NCBI GenBank assembly: GCA_003344405.1 | Contig: NOWV01000126.1 | Span: forward strand, 186,001 to 223,565 | Source: Trichoplax sp. H2 | Lineage: Eukaryota | Direction: 5' to 3' | Length of the DNA stretch: 37,565 nt | Part shown: one piece after another, positions 13,201 to 26,540 of the stretch | Layout of the letters: each line of letters begins with the position of its first letter | How positions within the stretch are numbered: position 1 is the stretch's first letter | The notes under the pieces: model-generated | Told to the model about the DNA's origin: nothing | Seen by the model: only the letters and a program-made list of their open reading frames with translations | The model's database searches: none | Translations under genes and position numbers: made by a program

Positions 13201-16200
13201 AGAAGTAATCACTATAGTAGTTGTTCTTGAATTATTATTCCATGCATTATTCCCTAAACAAAACATTCATCCAAAGTCCTTAAATTAAGGCACCATTCAT
13301 GAATACGAATGTTTTGTCGGTAAGTGATGGCTACTTTTATCTACCTTTCTATATTAGTAATACTAATTACTGCTAGTCTTATTAGACTTATACAAAAATA
13401 AGTAAAACAGTTTGATAGAAATATATAATGCTCCCTTCATAGTACGCTGACCTGTTATAGAGGATATAACTTTTAAAAATACATGAAAAGCTATTTAGTT
13501 TGAAATAATTTAGAAAACAGTAAATTTATATAGATTTCAAAAGGTATCTACCTCATAATAATTATTACCATGCTATATTATTATAGATAACTTGAGATAT
13601 TTCCTGTAATAAATCAAAATTTTACGCTACAGAAACTTGGAAGATCCAATTAGGTACCGTACTAGCCAAATAATTGAGTTTGTTCTGGACTGCTAATCAT
13701 TCTTGAATTACATACTGACATTAAAAACAAATTAAATTCCATTCTCATCGGTATGCTTTATGGGATGAAAAATTAACATTGATTACTCACCTTTGTTAGA
13801 TTATAACTGGAAATATGGTTTGACTGACTGATTAAGCTAATGCAGTTGCGCTGCACACTACATAGTCAATATATGGATGAAATAAAAGTAAAATAGCTAG
13901 CAATTCTAGCTTGAGAGTCATCATCACATGCGGGTCAATTCTATGAATAGTATAAGCGTTGCATATTTTCATTGACATCATAGTTCGATCATTTTATATA
14001 TTGCATGGATACGGTAATATAATTTAACCAAACCCTACCAGCACGTATAAAATAAAAATTTTATGCAAGTGCTATTAGTGGTAAGTATTCTTAGCTTAAA
14101 AGCGCTGATAAGTTACTTAGTCCACAATATCTTAATTATGTTAATATTGAAAATCAAGATAATAATTGATGATAAATAATACTAATGAAATAAAAGCAAT
14201 TAAAAATTGTCATGTTTAGATTTTGCAAAGTTTTAAATTACCTCGATTCTAATCTACTAAATTTTATTAAATTTTGTTATAACTTTTGGCGATGAAGCTG
14301 TAAAATTAATAATATTTTTTAAAATTCTTTTATAAATTTACTAACTTAAAAAGAATCTATTTATACGTAGGAATAAAGGATACGGTATCGTATTCTATTG
14401 CGGGATTATAATTTTCGAAAAGGATAAGTTAACTGCTATCGTACCTTTCCCTGTTATGAATTACAACTTGAACCAAAAACTTAATGCAACTTTATTAATT
14501 ACAATTTTAAAAGGATAAATCAGAAATAAATGGTTTATTTAAGACGTATGTTTGCAGAAGTCTGATGTCATATAAATTAACCATTCCTCTGGATTGTAAT
14601 ATATCCCAAGACAAATTAAAATTCCAAATACTATTCAATTTATGTGGGTTATAATTGAAAGGAGATTTATAAAGTCTCCTATTCAATTTCGGGATTGCAA
14701 TTTACAATAAGCAAAGTCTTGCTAAACTTGCTTTTAGGAGATTAAAAATCATGCTATATATAGAAATTGTAACAATAGCGTGCCATTAAAGGTTTTAGCT
14801 CAAGAGTGATCCTATTCATAATTAAATGAACAACTTTAATCTACGGTATAATTATTATACTCCGTAAAAATTATACAGAGCAATAGGATTTCGGAAATTA
14901 GTATCTGTACTATTGCCTCAATGCTATTACATCTATGCTAGTATTGATATTGCTAAGCTAATCTAGGCTGTAGGAGCTTGGCGATGCAATTCTTAGTTAC
15001 CACGCTTCCTTTAGATTCTCAGATAACAGCGATAGACTGTAATATAACTGAAATAATTCTAAAGAAATTTCATCAACGTCGTTTATTCATCCTTTCATAC
15101 GTATCTATAGGCTTAAATAGATCCTTATAACTGTTTTAAGTACCGAGGCAAACGAAATCGTGATTTTACTAAATTATCTAATTATGGAAAGCCAAAAATT
15201 GTTAATCTTACACCTCTTGAAGTTCCAAACATTCCTATAGAATTACAGAGTATCTATCAGATAGCTAAACCTAAGTAACTACAAATATAAATTTTAATGA
15301 ATTCTATTCAAGGTTACAATTTAGAATATGCAATCTAAGAATAATAAATTCTGTTTGATTGTATATTATTATTTTACCACGATAATCTACATTAATTAAT
15401 TATAACGTTCTAGTGGGGATACACATGTTTACGTTATAACGATATATTTTTTTAGTGTTTGTTATTAAAGGTATTTGCCGTGATCAACTATTCTTTCTGC
15501 TTTGCTTTATTAAAGATATGGGTAAAATATATTAGATTAGGAGAATAGGCTAATAAATATCTAACGCATTGAAGTTGTATTTACTATTGTGTTGGTGAAC
15601 AGTTTACATTGGCATACTTTGTACATATGCTGCTCAGTTAGTAAAAATGAATTTAAAGTTGTGAGATCTCCTGTACGAGATCGAGTGCTAATATTTGGTA
15701 GCCTCGAAAATATACAAAACCCTAAGGTGGCGTAATATACAGGAAGAATAAATAATTGTTTTTGTTAACCGTGATCTATTTATTTGTATTGCCGAAAGTA
15801 AACGATCCACCTAATAACAGTCACCGAAGCGTAATTCCACAATCCGGGGGGCGGTGGCCCTAATTATAAGGGTCGCTCTAAATATCCGTTAATCAGCATT
15901 ATGATTGACGTCATTACCGAGAGAAATATTTGCTGTTATATTAGAGGAATTTCTGTATGGCTGTATCACAAGAGCAGTTGTGAGAATGATTGATCGCAAA
16001 CGTCTAAAGTCTACGCTAAAACAATATTTCAACGTAGAAGTTCTGTAAAATTTGCCCTTCCATAGGCGTAATAAACTTAAAATTTAATACCGATACGCTG
16101 CCTGGCCTAGTTATCACAAATTGAATAGTATATATTTCACTTTTTATCCGTCTACAATTCGTTCTCTACTTTGCTAATAAAAATAATAAAAAGTTAAATC

Positions 16201-19200
16201 ACTGTCTGATACTCGATGTTCGAAATATTTATTATTTTGATTCCTGTTATTTAGTCATAAGCAACTTGGTGCTACCGATTCATGATGCTAATTTTGTGTA
16301 TTTGTAATAAGAGCTATTCTATTCTACTTTAAGACAGTCTCTCAATAAATCATTTTCCAGTCATAATGGACGAAATAGTTTACTACTTAAAAATATTTAT
16401 TATTAAATTTTACAGAGTACTACCTAGACAATATGATAAGTAGCAGTATACGGCTAGGCCGCAGACTAATAATTTCGCTCCTAAAGAAATAAGTCTTCCT
16501 AAGCAGGTTTCAATACCGAAATCTACTGACGCTGCTTACCGAGGCACCTTGTCTCCTCACTTAAGAGTATTGCTGACGACTCTACTTTATCTACTAGTGG
16601 CACTTAACTATCCCAGCGCCATTAGTAATATTTTTAACACTACAAATCCTCATCGAACTGGTACCGCCATCTTACCACTCATCATTGGGATCTCTATTTT
16701 ATTATAAAATTTATCTCCTATAGTTCTGGTAAGTTATATACACACTTGTCGAAGCACCCAGCTCGCAATACTTCGAATAACTATTTGCTGACTTACAGAA
16801 CATTTCAACGTATCTGCTGAGTCAAGTTTAACAACTGCACGATATTCGACTGTCAATAGGATTATTCTTAGTAATATACTCTCAATCTAGCGTGCAAAGC
16901 TGTTAAGTTCTAATTTACTTTACGAAGGTTACGAGTCCCGGACTATCAGATAATCTTTTAGAATGTATGTATGTATGCTAAGATATCCCTAGTATCTGAT
17001 TATATCCGATGTTGGAAAGGTGGAAAGGTAGTGAATAAATCAATTTAACTCTGTTTTTAATTCGAGAGAAATGAAGCAACTATAGAAGAACAAAATTTAA
17101 CAAATATTAATGCCATAATATCTTGTAATCCTATAGTGCATTACAACTACGGTTAATAATATCTTGGTACAGTACTAGAACTGCACCCTAAAAGCACGTT
17201 ATCAACTAGCGTACATTATAAATGTAAGGTTGTTAATTTGTTTATTGAATCCTTGGAGCAATCATCTCCGACTTTCTGCGTAGGAAATAGCTTCTATCGT
17301 AGGATCAATATAATCATAAGATGGGAGCGTTAGAACTGGTATAGCTTGCAGAATCAAGTATTACATTTTGGCATTAGTTTTGTTAATAAAGGATATGAAA
17401 GGCTTGCTCTTTTAGGATGAAGTTCAGTCAGAGAAATCAAGCTGCGATTGATTTACGTACTCTAAGATTTACTACAATAATGTTCAAAAAATAATTTTAA
17501 CCCTTTACATTTGAGAGACAAATTATTTAGTGATTGGTTCAGACTAGCGCTCGAAATAGTACGGTACTCTACAGTATTACAAACTGATCTGATAATCGGA
17601 GTACATCATGAGCTATCCCAGTTCCGCCGCAGTCAGCAAACTAAAACAGCAACAGCGATAGCACTATAAAATACTATAGAATGGAACAATTTATTTTTAC
17701 CTTCGCTGTATCATGTATATGGACTCTGTGGTGCGGATATTGAGGTGTGCACCACATGCAATTTTGGATTCGATTTCTGCCCTTTCCCCCCCCCCCCACT
17801 TTTTCCTTTAAAAAAACTAATCTAAAGTCTATCTTTAACAAATGCACTGTACTAGTAATCTGTAGAAAGTTGGTTGATGTAGGAAAACTGGTTTGAATGC
17901 TTACCATTATTTTGTACTTTTTATAAAAAAATAACGAAATAACTTATTTTGGGGGCAATTATTCTATGTGGTAGTTGTCTTTTCGTGAATATAAGCGGTA
18001 GCTGTAATTCAAGAAGAATTATCCCAGCTGTGGCTTTGAGTATATGTTAGTTATAAAAAGTTCTTTTGTAGCAAACTCGAACTGTGATACAATTAGATTG
18101 AATTAGTACATCATATTAATTAATAAAATGATTTCGAGGTATTAATTTTGTTAAAATGAATAGCTCTAATTGCCCAGAAAGCAGCATACATCATGACGGC
18201 ATGATGGCTGTACTGCCTTTATAAGATACAGCAGTCATGATGTGGTTTATCTTTTACTTGGCTAAATTATCCTCGTTTTAATATCATAAGCTGTGATGTT
18301 AATATATACTGTGACTTGCAACAAAAGTCCCATAAATAACCAGCAATGTTTAATGTGCTCTTAGTATGCGAACAAAATACACTAAGGTTTTACTTCTATT
18401 TCTAAAGTTTATTCTTTAGTAATTGTCTATAAGCCTTTGTGCTGTATAACAACAAAATAAAAAAGGCGTTTCTAAAGGGACTTCATTTTTTAATCATATT
18501 TAAATGGATAGGCTAGTTCTTATCCATATTTTATGAAGCTTCCATAGCTGTTGGCGACTAAGAAACCACAGTCAAAATCTGAATTGAATATTATATTTTC
18601 ACAGTAATGGATTCTCACATGAATTATAAATTGTTAATCAATATTTAATGAGAAATAGTGAAACTTAAAATCACTGTAATAAGTATAATAAATCCTTATT
18701 AAAGATGTTCCATAGTTTTTCTTAAAAAGCTGTTGAATTAGACAGGATTCTGAAGTATTGTTCTTATCTAAAATCGTAAAATCTTTGTAATCGGATGTGT
18801 AAATTGATGCATGACTATATAAGAGACCTCTCTAATAATAAAGAATAATGTTAGAATTTTCTTAAACTATGCACTAAACTGTTGCTACAGTTGTCGAGGA
18901 GACCAGTAACCTGTACATTATAGGTTTATCCTTCCATATTTACAATGCAAATTAAAGAGTTCAATTAAATTTGTTACAGATTTTTTCGTGCTGTAAAGCT
19001 CGATTTTATATACACTCATTACTAATTTAACTTCCGTAATAATTATAATATAAAGAAATTATTATAATGTATCAGCATCGTTTCTAGCGTGCATAACATC
19101 TATCATTATTAGCTAGGCCTTTCTAAATGAGTTAAGACAGACACTGTTCCAGACTAATGGCTGCAGTGAATAGGTTTAATAATCGTTAGGTTATCAATTC

Positions 19201-20029
19201 AATAAATTAAAATTTCAGTTATTAAAACTGACTAATTATCTAATGCCACAAAATTAGGTTAACGCCGTTTTTCAACCTTACAGATATCGTTTATTAATAT
19301 CAGTCATCAAGAATAAAAATTCACTTTTCTTTTCCTCATAAAAGTAGTTGAAAGTGGCTGAGATAAAACGAATAATTGACTTAAAGCCTCTACAACAACA
19401 ATTCAGTACAACTTAAGAATCATATAGGTGCACTATATAAAATCTAACTTAAAATAGCTGTCAGCTACGGCTTTATAGGAATCCAATAGCTAACTATACT
19501 GTTCATCATATCAGCCATCACACCATCATTTTATTAACTATAACAGTTTATCGTCCTTTCTATTACCGTAATTAGCTGAAATTACTATAATATCAATAGT
19601 GATAAAGAAAGATTTATGCTTTATTAGTAAATAAAATAAAATAAATAAAAATAAGGCAGCATGCACCCTATCTTAACTGAACAATTTTCAATTAGAAATA
19701 TTTTTATACAATTTATTAGTTGAAAAATCATTACCAATCATCAAACAAAGGATATTATTAGAAATATTCTTTGTTCTAAATCAATTGCACATTTGCTTAA
19801 GATTACCGTATTCAAACTTAAAGAGGTAGACTTTAACTTAGGATAAAGGAATAGCATGTCATAATTCTACTGTAAAATAAATTTAGCATGATTTTTTTCA
19901 TATACTGTTTCTGTAAGTTCACTCTTAAGGGCTTGCAATCATGCCAGATATTTCAAAGTCATCGTAGAAGATGATTATTGTTAGTAATGCAACGTAATTT
20001 GAAAATCAAAGACCATTTAGCGATTAGTC

Positions 20030-21136
20030 TTAGCCGATAAGTCCATCTTTACCAACGCTTAATGTATTTGGGGACAGGTTAGGTTTGTATGACACAAATA
20101 TTTTACGACGGTTATGGGAAAAAAATGTATTTGTAAATTGAGCAAGAATATTTATGCATCGACGGTGAATGTTCTTATCAAACTTCATCAGTAGCATTGG
20201 ATTTGCAATAGAAGTACTAGCAGAACAAGAAACGGCAATAGTACACAGTACGAATAAAAAGGTATTTTTTTTTTCTACATCTTCGATACCAACACCCGAG
20301 ATTGCTAGCGCTAAGGCCATAACTAAAAAAGGCCAAGACATGATAGCAAATGCTGCTGTAACAATCACTAATGTTTTAATTAATGCTTTGCGTTCCATCT
20401 GCGTTAAGAATTTTCCTTGAAAACTATTTGAAGTGGTATTTTTCGCTAGGGATCGTCGACGAATGCCTTTTATCCAATAATGATAGATTTTTACATATAA
20501 TACAGCCATAGTAATTATGGGAATTAGATACAATAACAATGTAAGCAGTAAAAAGTAGATAACACTGATTACGCCGCGATAGATTATTCCACAAGTACTA
20601 TCCGTTCCTGATATGGCCCCAGTGACGATTGCGAAAGGAAGTGCGCCCATAATACTAATAATCCAAATAAGGACGATAACTGATTTAATAACAGATAATT
20701 TCTTGTTTCGAGATGGAAATAGAAAAGGTTTGAGAATGGATAGATATCGATCGATGCTTATAATTGTTAAACTTAACACTGAAGCCATGTATGATATTCC
20801 AGTACCTACCGATAATGCTCGACAAATAACGTCTAAACTGAAAAATGATATCGTAAAGCACGAAACGATGGAAAAGGCAATAAATAAAGACGCCGTCATA
20901 ATATCACAGGTTACCATATTGCCGATGAGATAATATGTCGGTGATTTTGACCATTCTTTGCTTGAAAATATCGAATGAATTATAAGTACATTTAATATTA
21001 ACGAAATTAAGGCTGGAAAGGCAAAAGAGATTTGTGCTATTCTAAGAAACCGAAATACAGTCTCGTTGTACGTATTAAAATCATTATCAAGGCCTTCAGT
21101 AGTCTGATTAAACGTAGAGTGATGTGATATGGTCAT
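20030..21136 (-). CDS. Intronless class A (rhodopsin-like) 7TM G protein-coupled receptor, orphan (paralog 2), 368 aa
   Basis: Same architecture: NQT/NET glycosylation sites, LILNV, NMVTCDI, ICR, ISIDRY, LIWII..ALP, YLIP..LY, FAIMSWPF, ANPMLL; aligns end to end with the other two paralogs. Confidence 0.96.
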   Translation of the reverse strand: MTISHHSTFNQTTEGLDNDFNTYNETVFRFLRIAQISFAFPALISLILNVLIIHSIFSSKEWSKSPTYYLIGNMVTCDIMTASLFIAFSIVSCFTISFFSLDVICRALSVGTGISYMASVLSLTIISIDRYLSILKPFLFPSRNKKLSVIKSVIVLIWIISIMGALPFAIVTGAISGTDSTCGIIYRGVISVIYFLLLTLLLYLIPIITMAVLYVKIYHYWIKGIRRRSLAKNTTSNSFQGKFLTQMERKALIKTLVIVTAAFAIMSWPFLVMALALAISGVGIEDVEKKNTFLFVLCTIAVSCSASTSIANPMLLMKFDKNIHRRCINILAQFTNTFFSHNRRKIFVSYKPNLSPNTLSVGKDGLIG

Positions 21137-21275
21137 GGCTATTCAGTTAGTTATGTCAAACAGACTGAAAATAATCTTAATAAATATTGCTTTGCCTAAA
21201 TTAAATGGGATAATTCATGAAACTAAACTATTGAGTTAGTTTTAACTAGAAGCACCTCTATTGTGAAATTTTAAT

Positions 21276-21349
21276 ATTGGTTGGGCGGGTACGTGCTTTA
21301 AGTATTTATTGCAGCATGTGTATTTTAAAAATGTTGACAAGTGACGTAA
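21276..21349 (-). promoter_or_regulatory. Candidate proximal promoter motifs of GPCR paralog 2
   Basis: CCAAT on minus strand (ATTGG 21276-21280), GC box GGGCGG (21283-21288) and CRE-like TGACGTAA (21342-21349), 140-213 bp upstream of the ATG; motif matches only. Confidence 0.35.
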
Positions 21350-23761
21350 ATGCGTTTGAAGTAAGTTTTTAGATTTATAGCTCTTATACAAAGGTCTAAT
21401 TAGAATATTCCATTCATGTATAAGTCAGATAAATAGATCATTACCGGTAGCTAAGATGATTTTAATATCTGTAGCGCAATCATTGTTAGTGCAAGCCAAT
21501 ATTTATGTGTTCGTGATATCGTATAGCATGCTTATAATTCATTAATTAATAACATATATTACATTTCAAGTTATAGCTTTACAGATTTTATAAGCCTGAT
21601 TAGAATTAAAAAAAAATATTATGATTCAGCTATTATATGCCGAATTCATTTCTCGGATATCACACCCGATAAGTTCCTGTTTTTTATTTTGCAAACAGTT
21701 AGTTTCAACTCAATTCTCCGAAATAACCATTGAAGTGATTATTACGTAGCTAAAATGATAATTTTAGACATATAAATGGCAGCTTTCAAGGCATTATTGA
21801 ATAGAATACCAATTCATTAATGTGATAAAATCCGATCACGAAAATTCCAAAGTTGTAGAAAATTAGAACTTAATTAGATCTAATACAAAAGACAACGTAT
21901 ACACAGCTCTACTCTAGCCGAATAATACTACTGAAAAACTTCTAGAAAGAACAATCAGATAATCTAATGTCTCCTGCTTTTATACTCTCCTCAGCTTTAG
22001 CAGCTACAATCAGCATAGCAGCATTCTACCATATTTTACACATATTCAGCTTATTATTAGTTACAATATTTTACAGCGAAGTCTAATTAATCCAATATGG
22101 AAATGATTACAGTATTTTTCTAGACATACATTGTTCCTACCACTAAAAGTAGAATGAACTAAGCATATCCTAATATATGATTTGCAATTCTATTTCTACC
22201 TCTAACCTTATTAGTAACTCAAAATATTACTGTATATAGCCCATCTATAGTCAAGCATAGAGTTTATTCTTACAGTCTATAATTATGGCTACTAAATATA
22301 TATCTTGAGATATATATAGAAAAGACACTGCCGTGCTTCGTAATAAGCACGGCTAATAGCCTACAAGCAATTGAAAAATTTTTAAGAGAAGTCCTGTTTG
22401 AAATACGTTAGATAAGTTGTCATGCTGCCATTGGGCACTCATCTAAACATGATTGTTCCACGTAGCCTTAGCTCTGGATATTAATTAATTTAGATAAATT
22501 AAGAATATGCAGCTAGGTTTTATTGTTGGTTTTTGTAATAATTTCAGCTAATAACAGTACTTATGTGTTAGGAAGTACAGTGATAGTACGCGATGTAGAA
22601 ATGCATATCTTAATAAAGTAAGTCTTAATTAAGGCTTGTGTGATAAAATGGCTCCATTATGCCTGTACTATGTACTATAGAACGATACAGGTGATAGTCA
22701 TACTGATTATTGTTACTAAGAAATATACTGATACGATTGATGACTCATATGTAGAGGAGTATTTAATTATAATTTATATAAGTCGTAAAGAATTGTTATC
22801 GTAGAGGCTAGCCGATAAGAGTAATTGGCTTTAATTGCCAGTAAGTATTACAGTATTTACTTTTATTACTTATTGTTCAAGTCAATCATCCGGTTTCTTT
22901 CACGCACTTTCAACTGTTCTTATAAGGGGAAAAATTTTAATTTCTTAACCAATAGATGGGTACAATAAACGCTAACAATATGGTGTTGACTGTTTGTAAC
23001 ACGCTAGAGATTTTGCTCTACTTTAATAATGCAGAATTTTGAGTTACCGTATGGCAAACCTAGGGTTAAACAAGCCATGAACTGCAGTTTTAGACAATTG
23101 CTCGCATTTAGTAATAAATTTTATTTCTCTGCTTTGCTATTGATTAGTTTTATTGTCCAAGTAGACGACGCATAATAAAATACAGCAGTATTATTAAGAA
23201 AGGTTAGAATGACAGAGTTTTACATCGGATTTCAGATTATGAAATTTTATTTAACCATGTCATTATGCATTCTTTTATATGTATTGCTTTAAAAAAATAA
23301 TTTCCTTTGCTAAATAGACGGCTTCATGAAGCAAAATCAGTTCTTATATACCAAACCGGTATGTAATACGATATACTCAAGCATTCCAGATAAAATTAGT
23401 GATTGAAATGAACACATAGTTTTGCTACATTATTTAGTGTTACTATGAAAATATGAATTATTTTATTCAGGTAATAAGTCATATGTCAAAAACAATTGCC
23501 ATCTATTATTAGGAATCGTCAATATAATACCAATAATGGGATAGAGTTTGGAAATTTTCCAATTATTTTAACTAATAGTTGATTATATGCGAATGGAAAA
23601 AATTAAAATCCTCAGCTACAGGTCTTATTTCGAAATTGTACTTCTCAATATTAAGTACCTTCAGCCCTAATAATATCAGTTTTTTATTCTTGTATTTTAC
23701 CTTCGTGATTAATTTTCTGAATACCGGGCTACATTAGTAAATTTATTGTTAAACATAGTTT

Positions 23762-24404
23762 TGCTGTAAAATAGCTTTGCAATAAGAAAAGGTAATGTAC
23801 GATCATAAAGTCGATTCCCTGAACCACATATCAGGGAGCAATGTTTACTCTTTCAGGAACACTTTTCCTATACTAGTAGACTACAAACAGACTTGCACAT
23901 CTCGTATCTTACGTTAAACACTAATCTTAAAAAACTATCTTTATTATACGATATATCGCATTTATATATACTCTTTTACAACAGCAAAGACATATTAGTT
24001 AGCAATACTAATGTTGACACCTGCTAATGAATCAAAAGCTAATTTATCTACTGCTATCTAATGAAGAAAGCAGTATTTGTGAAGATAGAAATCAAATGAC
24101 TAATACAAAATTGTCAGATTATAATATGTCCTATTACGGAACATTTCTGCGATAATCTACAATCTACCATAAGTAAGTTACAAGCACTGTGATTTAAATT
24201 GTAAGAAGATTATTCTCGATTCGCTAATTAAACTACTAATTTTCAGTAGGCTGTATCTATATATAACAGCATAAAAGCTATTGCCATACTTAAAAATCAC
24301 GTATCTAAATTAGAAACTCTTTAAATAAGGAAAAATCAACAAAATTATCGTAATTTAGATATTTCTACTCTAATTTAGATATTATAGTTTATAGAGCTGT
24401 AAAA
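23762..24404 (+). mobile_element. 643-bp diverged copy of subfamily B (B3)
   Basis: Colinear with B1/B2 (TACGTTAAACACTAA, GTCAGATTATAATATGTCCTATTACGGAACATTTC, GATATTTCTACTCTAAT); decayed ends TGCTGT...CTGTAAAA; perfect TSD AGTTT (23757-23761 and 24405-24409). Confidence 0.85.
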
Positions 24405-25268
24405 AGTTTGTAAATACTTTGATTAAAAAATTCGTCATTAACTCATGCTTAATTGTATCTAAGTATCAGTTTTGCTAAAAATACTACAATAAACGAGAAT
24501 GTATATTAGAACCATCATTGCAATCATCTATTCTATGCAAATACTGTGCAAAAGATCATGATGTAGTCTTGTTGTCAGTTGTAATAGAGAGCTGATACCA
24601 TAATAATCTATTACAAGATTTAATTTACATTGATTGAATGTAATTTAAAAAGTGCCATATACCAAAGATAATGGCGAAAATTATAGAAATGTATAATTTT
24701 CATTTAATTATCTTGACTTCTTAATTTTTGAAAACATTCCACTGACTGTGAGTATGTTTCCTGTTTGATTTGTAGAATTAATTGAAATAAATAGTTCGAT
24801 TAAATCTTACAAAAGAGTGGTTAACATAAATATTTCTTACTTGGTAAGTAATATTAAAAATTGTAATTATTTTTTTTAGCTTCATGTAGAATGGATATTG
24901 CGTTCACCATCAGCATAAAATTTTGAAATGACTCTCAAAGTTTAATTTTAAAAAAATAAAATTGAATTTCTGTGATAAGGAATTCAAATACTAACCAGTA
25001 ACTACAATAAGAGATAGAATTATCTATTAAAAGGATTTTTACGTTAGATAAGAATTCTTATCAAGGATCTGATACGTAGTGATTGGAGCAATATCGAAAA
25101 TCCGAGATATTAAATATTTAAATCAGCTAAGTTATAGTTTATTGCATACTGATGAAGGTGGAAATGGCATGAATGACCCTTCTGCAGATGTTTCGTTTTC
25201 CTTTTGTGTTAGATTACAAAGTTTTCACCACATTGTAGTGACAATATCCATCATTTTTTGTATGCCAC

Positions 25269-25459
25269 TGTCACAACCCTCACTTGTGGCAAAGGAAAGT
25301 AAAGAACTCTAGTGTAGTTACTTAAAACTTGGGCTATTTCTCCCAGTACTTTCAGTTTCTATGAGAGAAGTATTTGAGAACTCGATTTCTCGGCTGATCT
25401 CCACAGACAACTGACTAATTATTACACTATTCTTCACGATATGAGTCTTGCCGTTTCTT
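25269..25459 (+). mobile_element. Left part of a related TGTCAC element (subfamily C), truncated by assembly gap
   Basis: Begins TGTCACAA exactly where the duplicated flank (25097-25268) diverges from its empty counterpart (25650|25651); same 8+7+8 left hairpin (TGTCACAA-CCCTCAC-TTGTGGCA); TTCACGATAT shared with B1; right end not visible. Confidence 0.75.
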
Positions 25460-25479
25460 NNNNNNNNNNNNNNNNNNNN
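25460..25479. other. Assembly gap (20 N)
   Basis: N run. Confidence 1.
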
Positions 25480-26540
25480 AAAATCCGAGATATTAAATAT
25501 TTAAATCAGCTAAGTTATAGTTTATTGCATACTGATGAAGGTGGAAATGGCATGAATGACCCTTCTGCAGATGTTTCGTTTTCCTTTTGTGTTAGATTAC
25601 AAAGTTTTCACACATTGTAGTGACAATATCCATCATTTTTTGTATGCCACCTATGTATTAAAACTTAAGATAGTAAGCATATATAAATTTATATAGAATA
25701 CCGTTGAACCTATAAAGTCACAGCATCAGTTTATCTTTTTCTATATAACTAAGTTAAGGTATTAAGTTACGGCTAAATAAAATTATAGCTAGTCTAATTG
25801 GCGACGTATTATTTTTTTCTAGTTTCTTATGGATGAAAAGATCGCTATTTTTTATGTTATCCAACAGAGAACATACTGAAGAAATGTAGCTAGTGGCAGG
25901 ATGGCTTGCCTTAGCTGATATACGTATCTCGAATTGTAGACTCATAATGTTAAGAAATCTGAAAAATCATGCAAATATTAGCATAATCTGCTAGCCCACT
26001 CATCAAGGTCTTAAACTATAATGTAATCAATGTATGCGTAATGATGTTCTATTCTAGTACGGGACGTATATAAGCTTTACCGCAGCAGCAGAGAGCACTG
26101 TACGAGTATTACCGAAGTTGCAAATATAGTTTTTTGGACATGAAATTCGTTGAAGATAGTACTAGCTGACATCCTATTTGTATACGAGCAGATTCGTGCT
26201 TTAAAGTCGTAAGCAAAGAATTAATTTCTGGTACAATTCCTTCATGAGCCACTTTATTGAAATTTTAGACTTAATAAATTGAGAAAAGTAGAAAACGGTG
26301 ATATCGAAATTTTAATGCAGTACTTATCTACTTCGAAGGTATTTTTTACTTCAGTATCTTTCCTATTTAATACATTTGATTAAGTGAGACCCTTAAAGCA
26401 GACTAAGCTAATTCGTCGAACGATCAAATGATACACCACTAAGTATCAGATCAATTGTGATGTACGGCTAAATTAAATAGATTGATTCTAAAGTATTTCT
26501 ATATCTTCCCCTTCTATGACTAAGGGTAATTAAAAGCCGG

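Larger units (their letters stand above)
25097..25650 (+). repeat. Near-identical direct duplication across a gap (25097-25268 vs 25480-25650); probably two uncollapsed haplotypes
   Basis: About 171 bp identical apart from a 1-bp indel (TTCACCACATT vs TTCACACATT); second copy begins immediately after the N run at 25460-25479. Confidence 0.85.

Noticed and set aside
17674-17907. 77-aa ORF with a Gly run
   Set aside because: The Gly run comes from a C12 homopolymer at 17786-17797; no recognisable domain
20169-20933. Plus-strand ORFs of 83 and 106 aa
   Set aside because: Antisense shadows of GPCR paralog 2
25079-25312. 77-aa ORF
   Set aside because: GTG start, runs across the insertion junction at 25268/25269, and the other copy of the flank has a 1-bp indel
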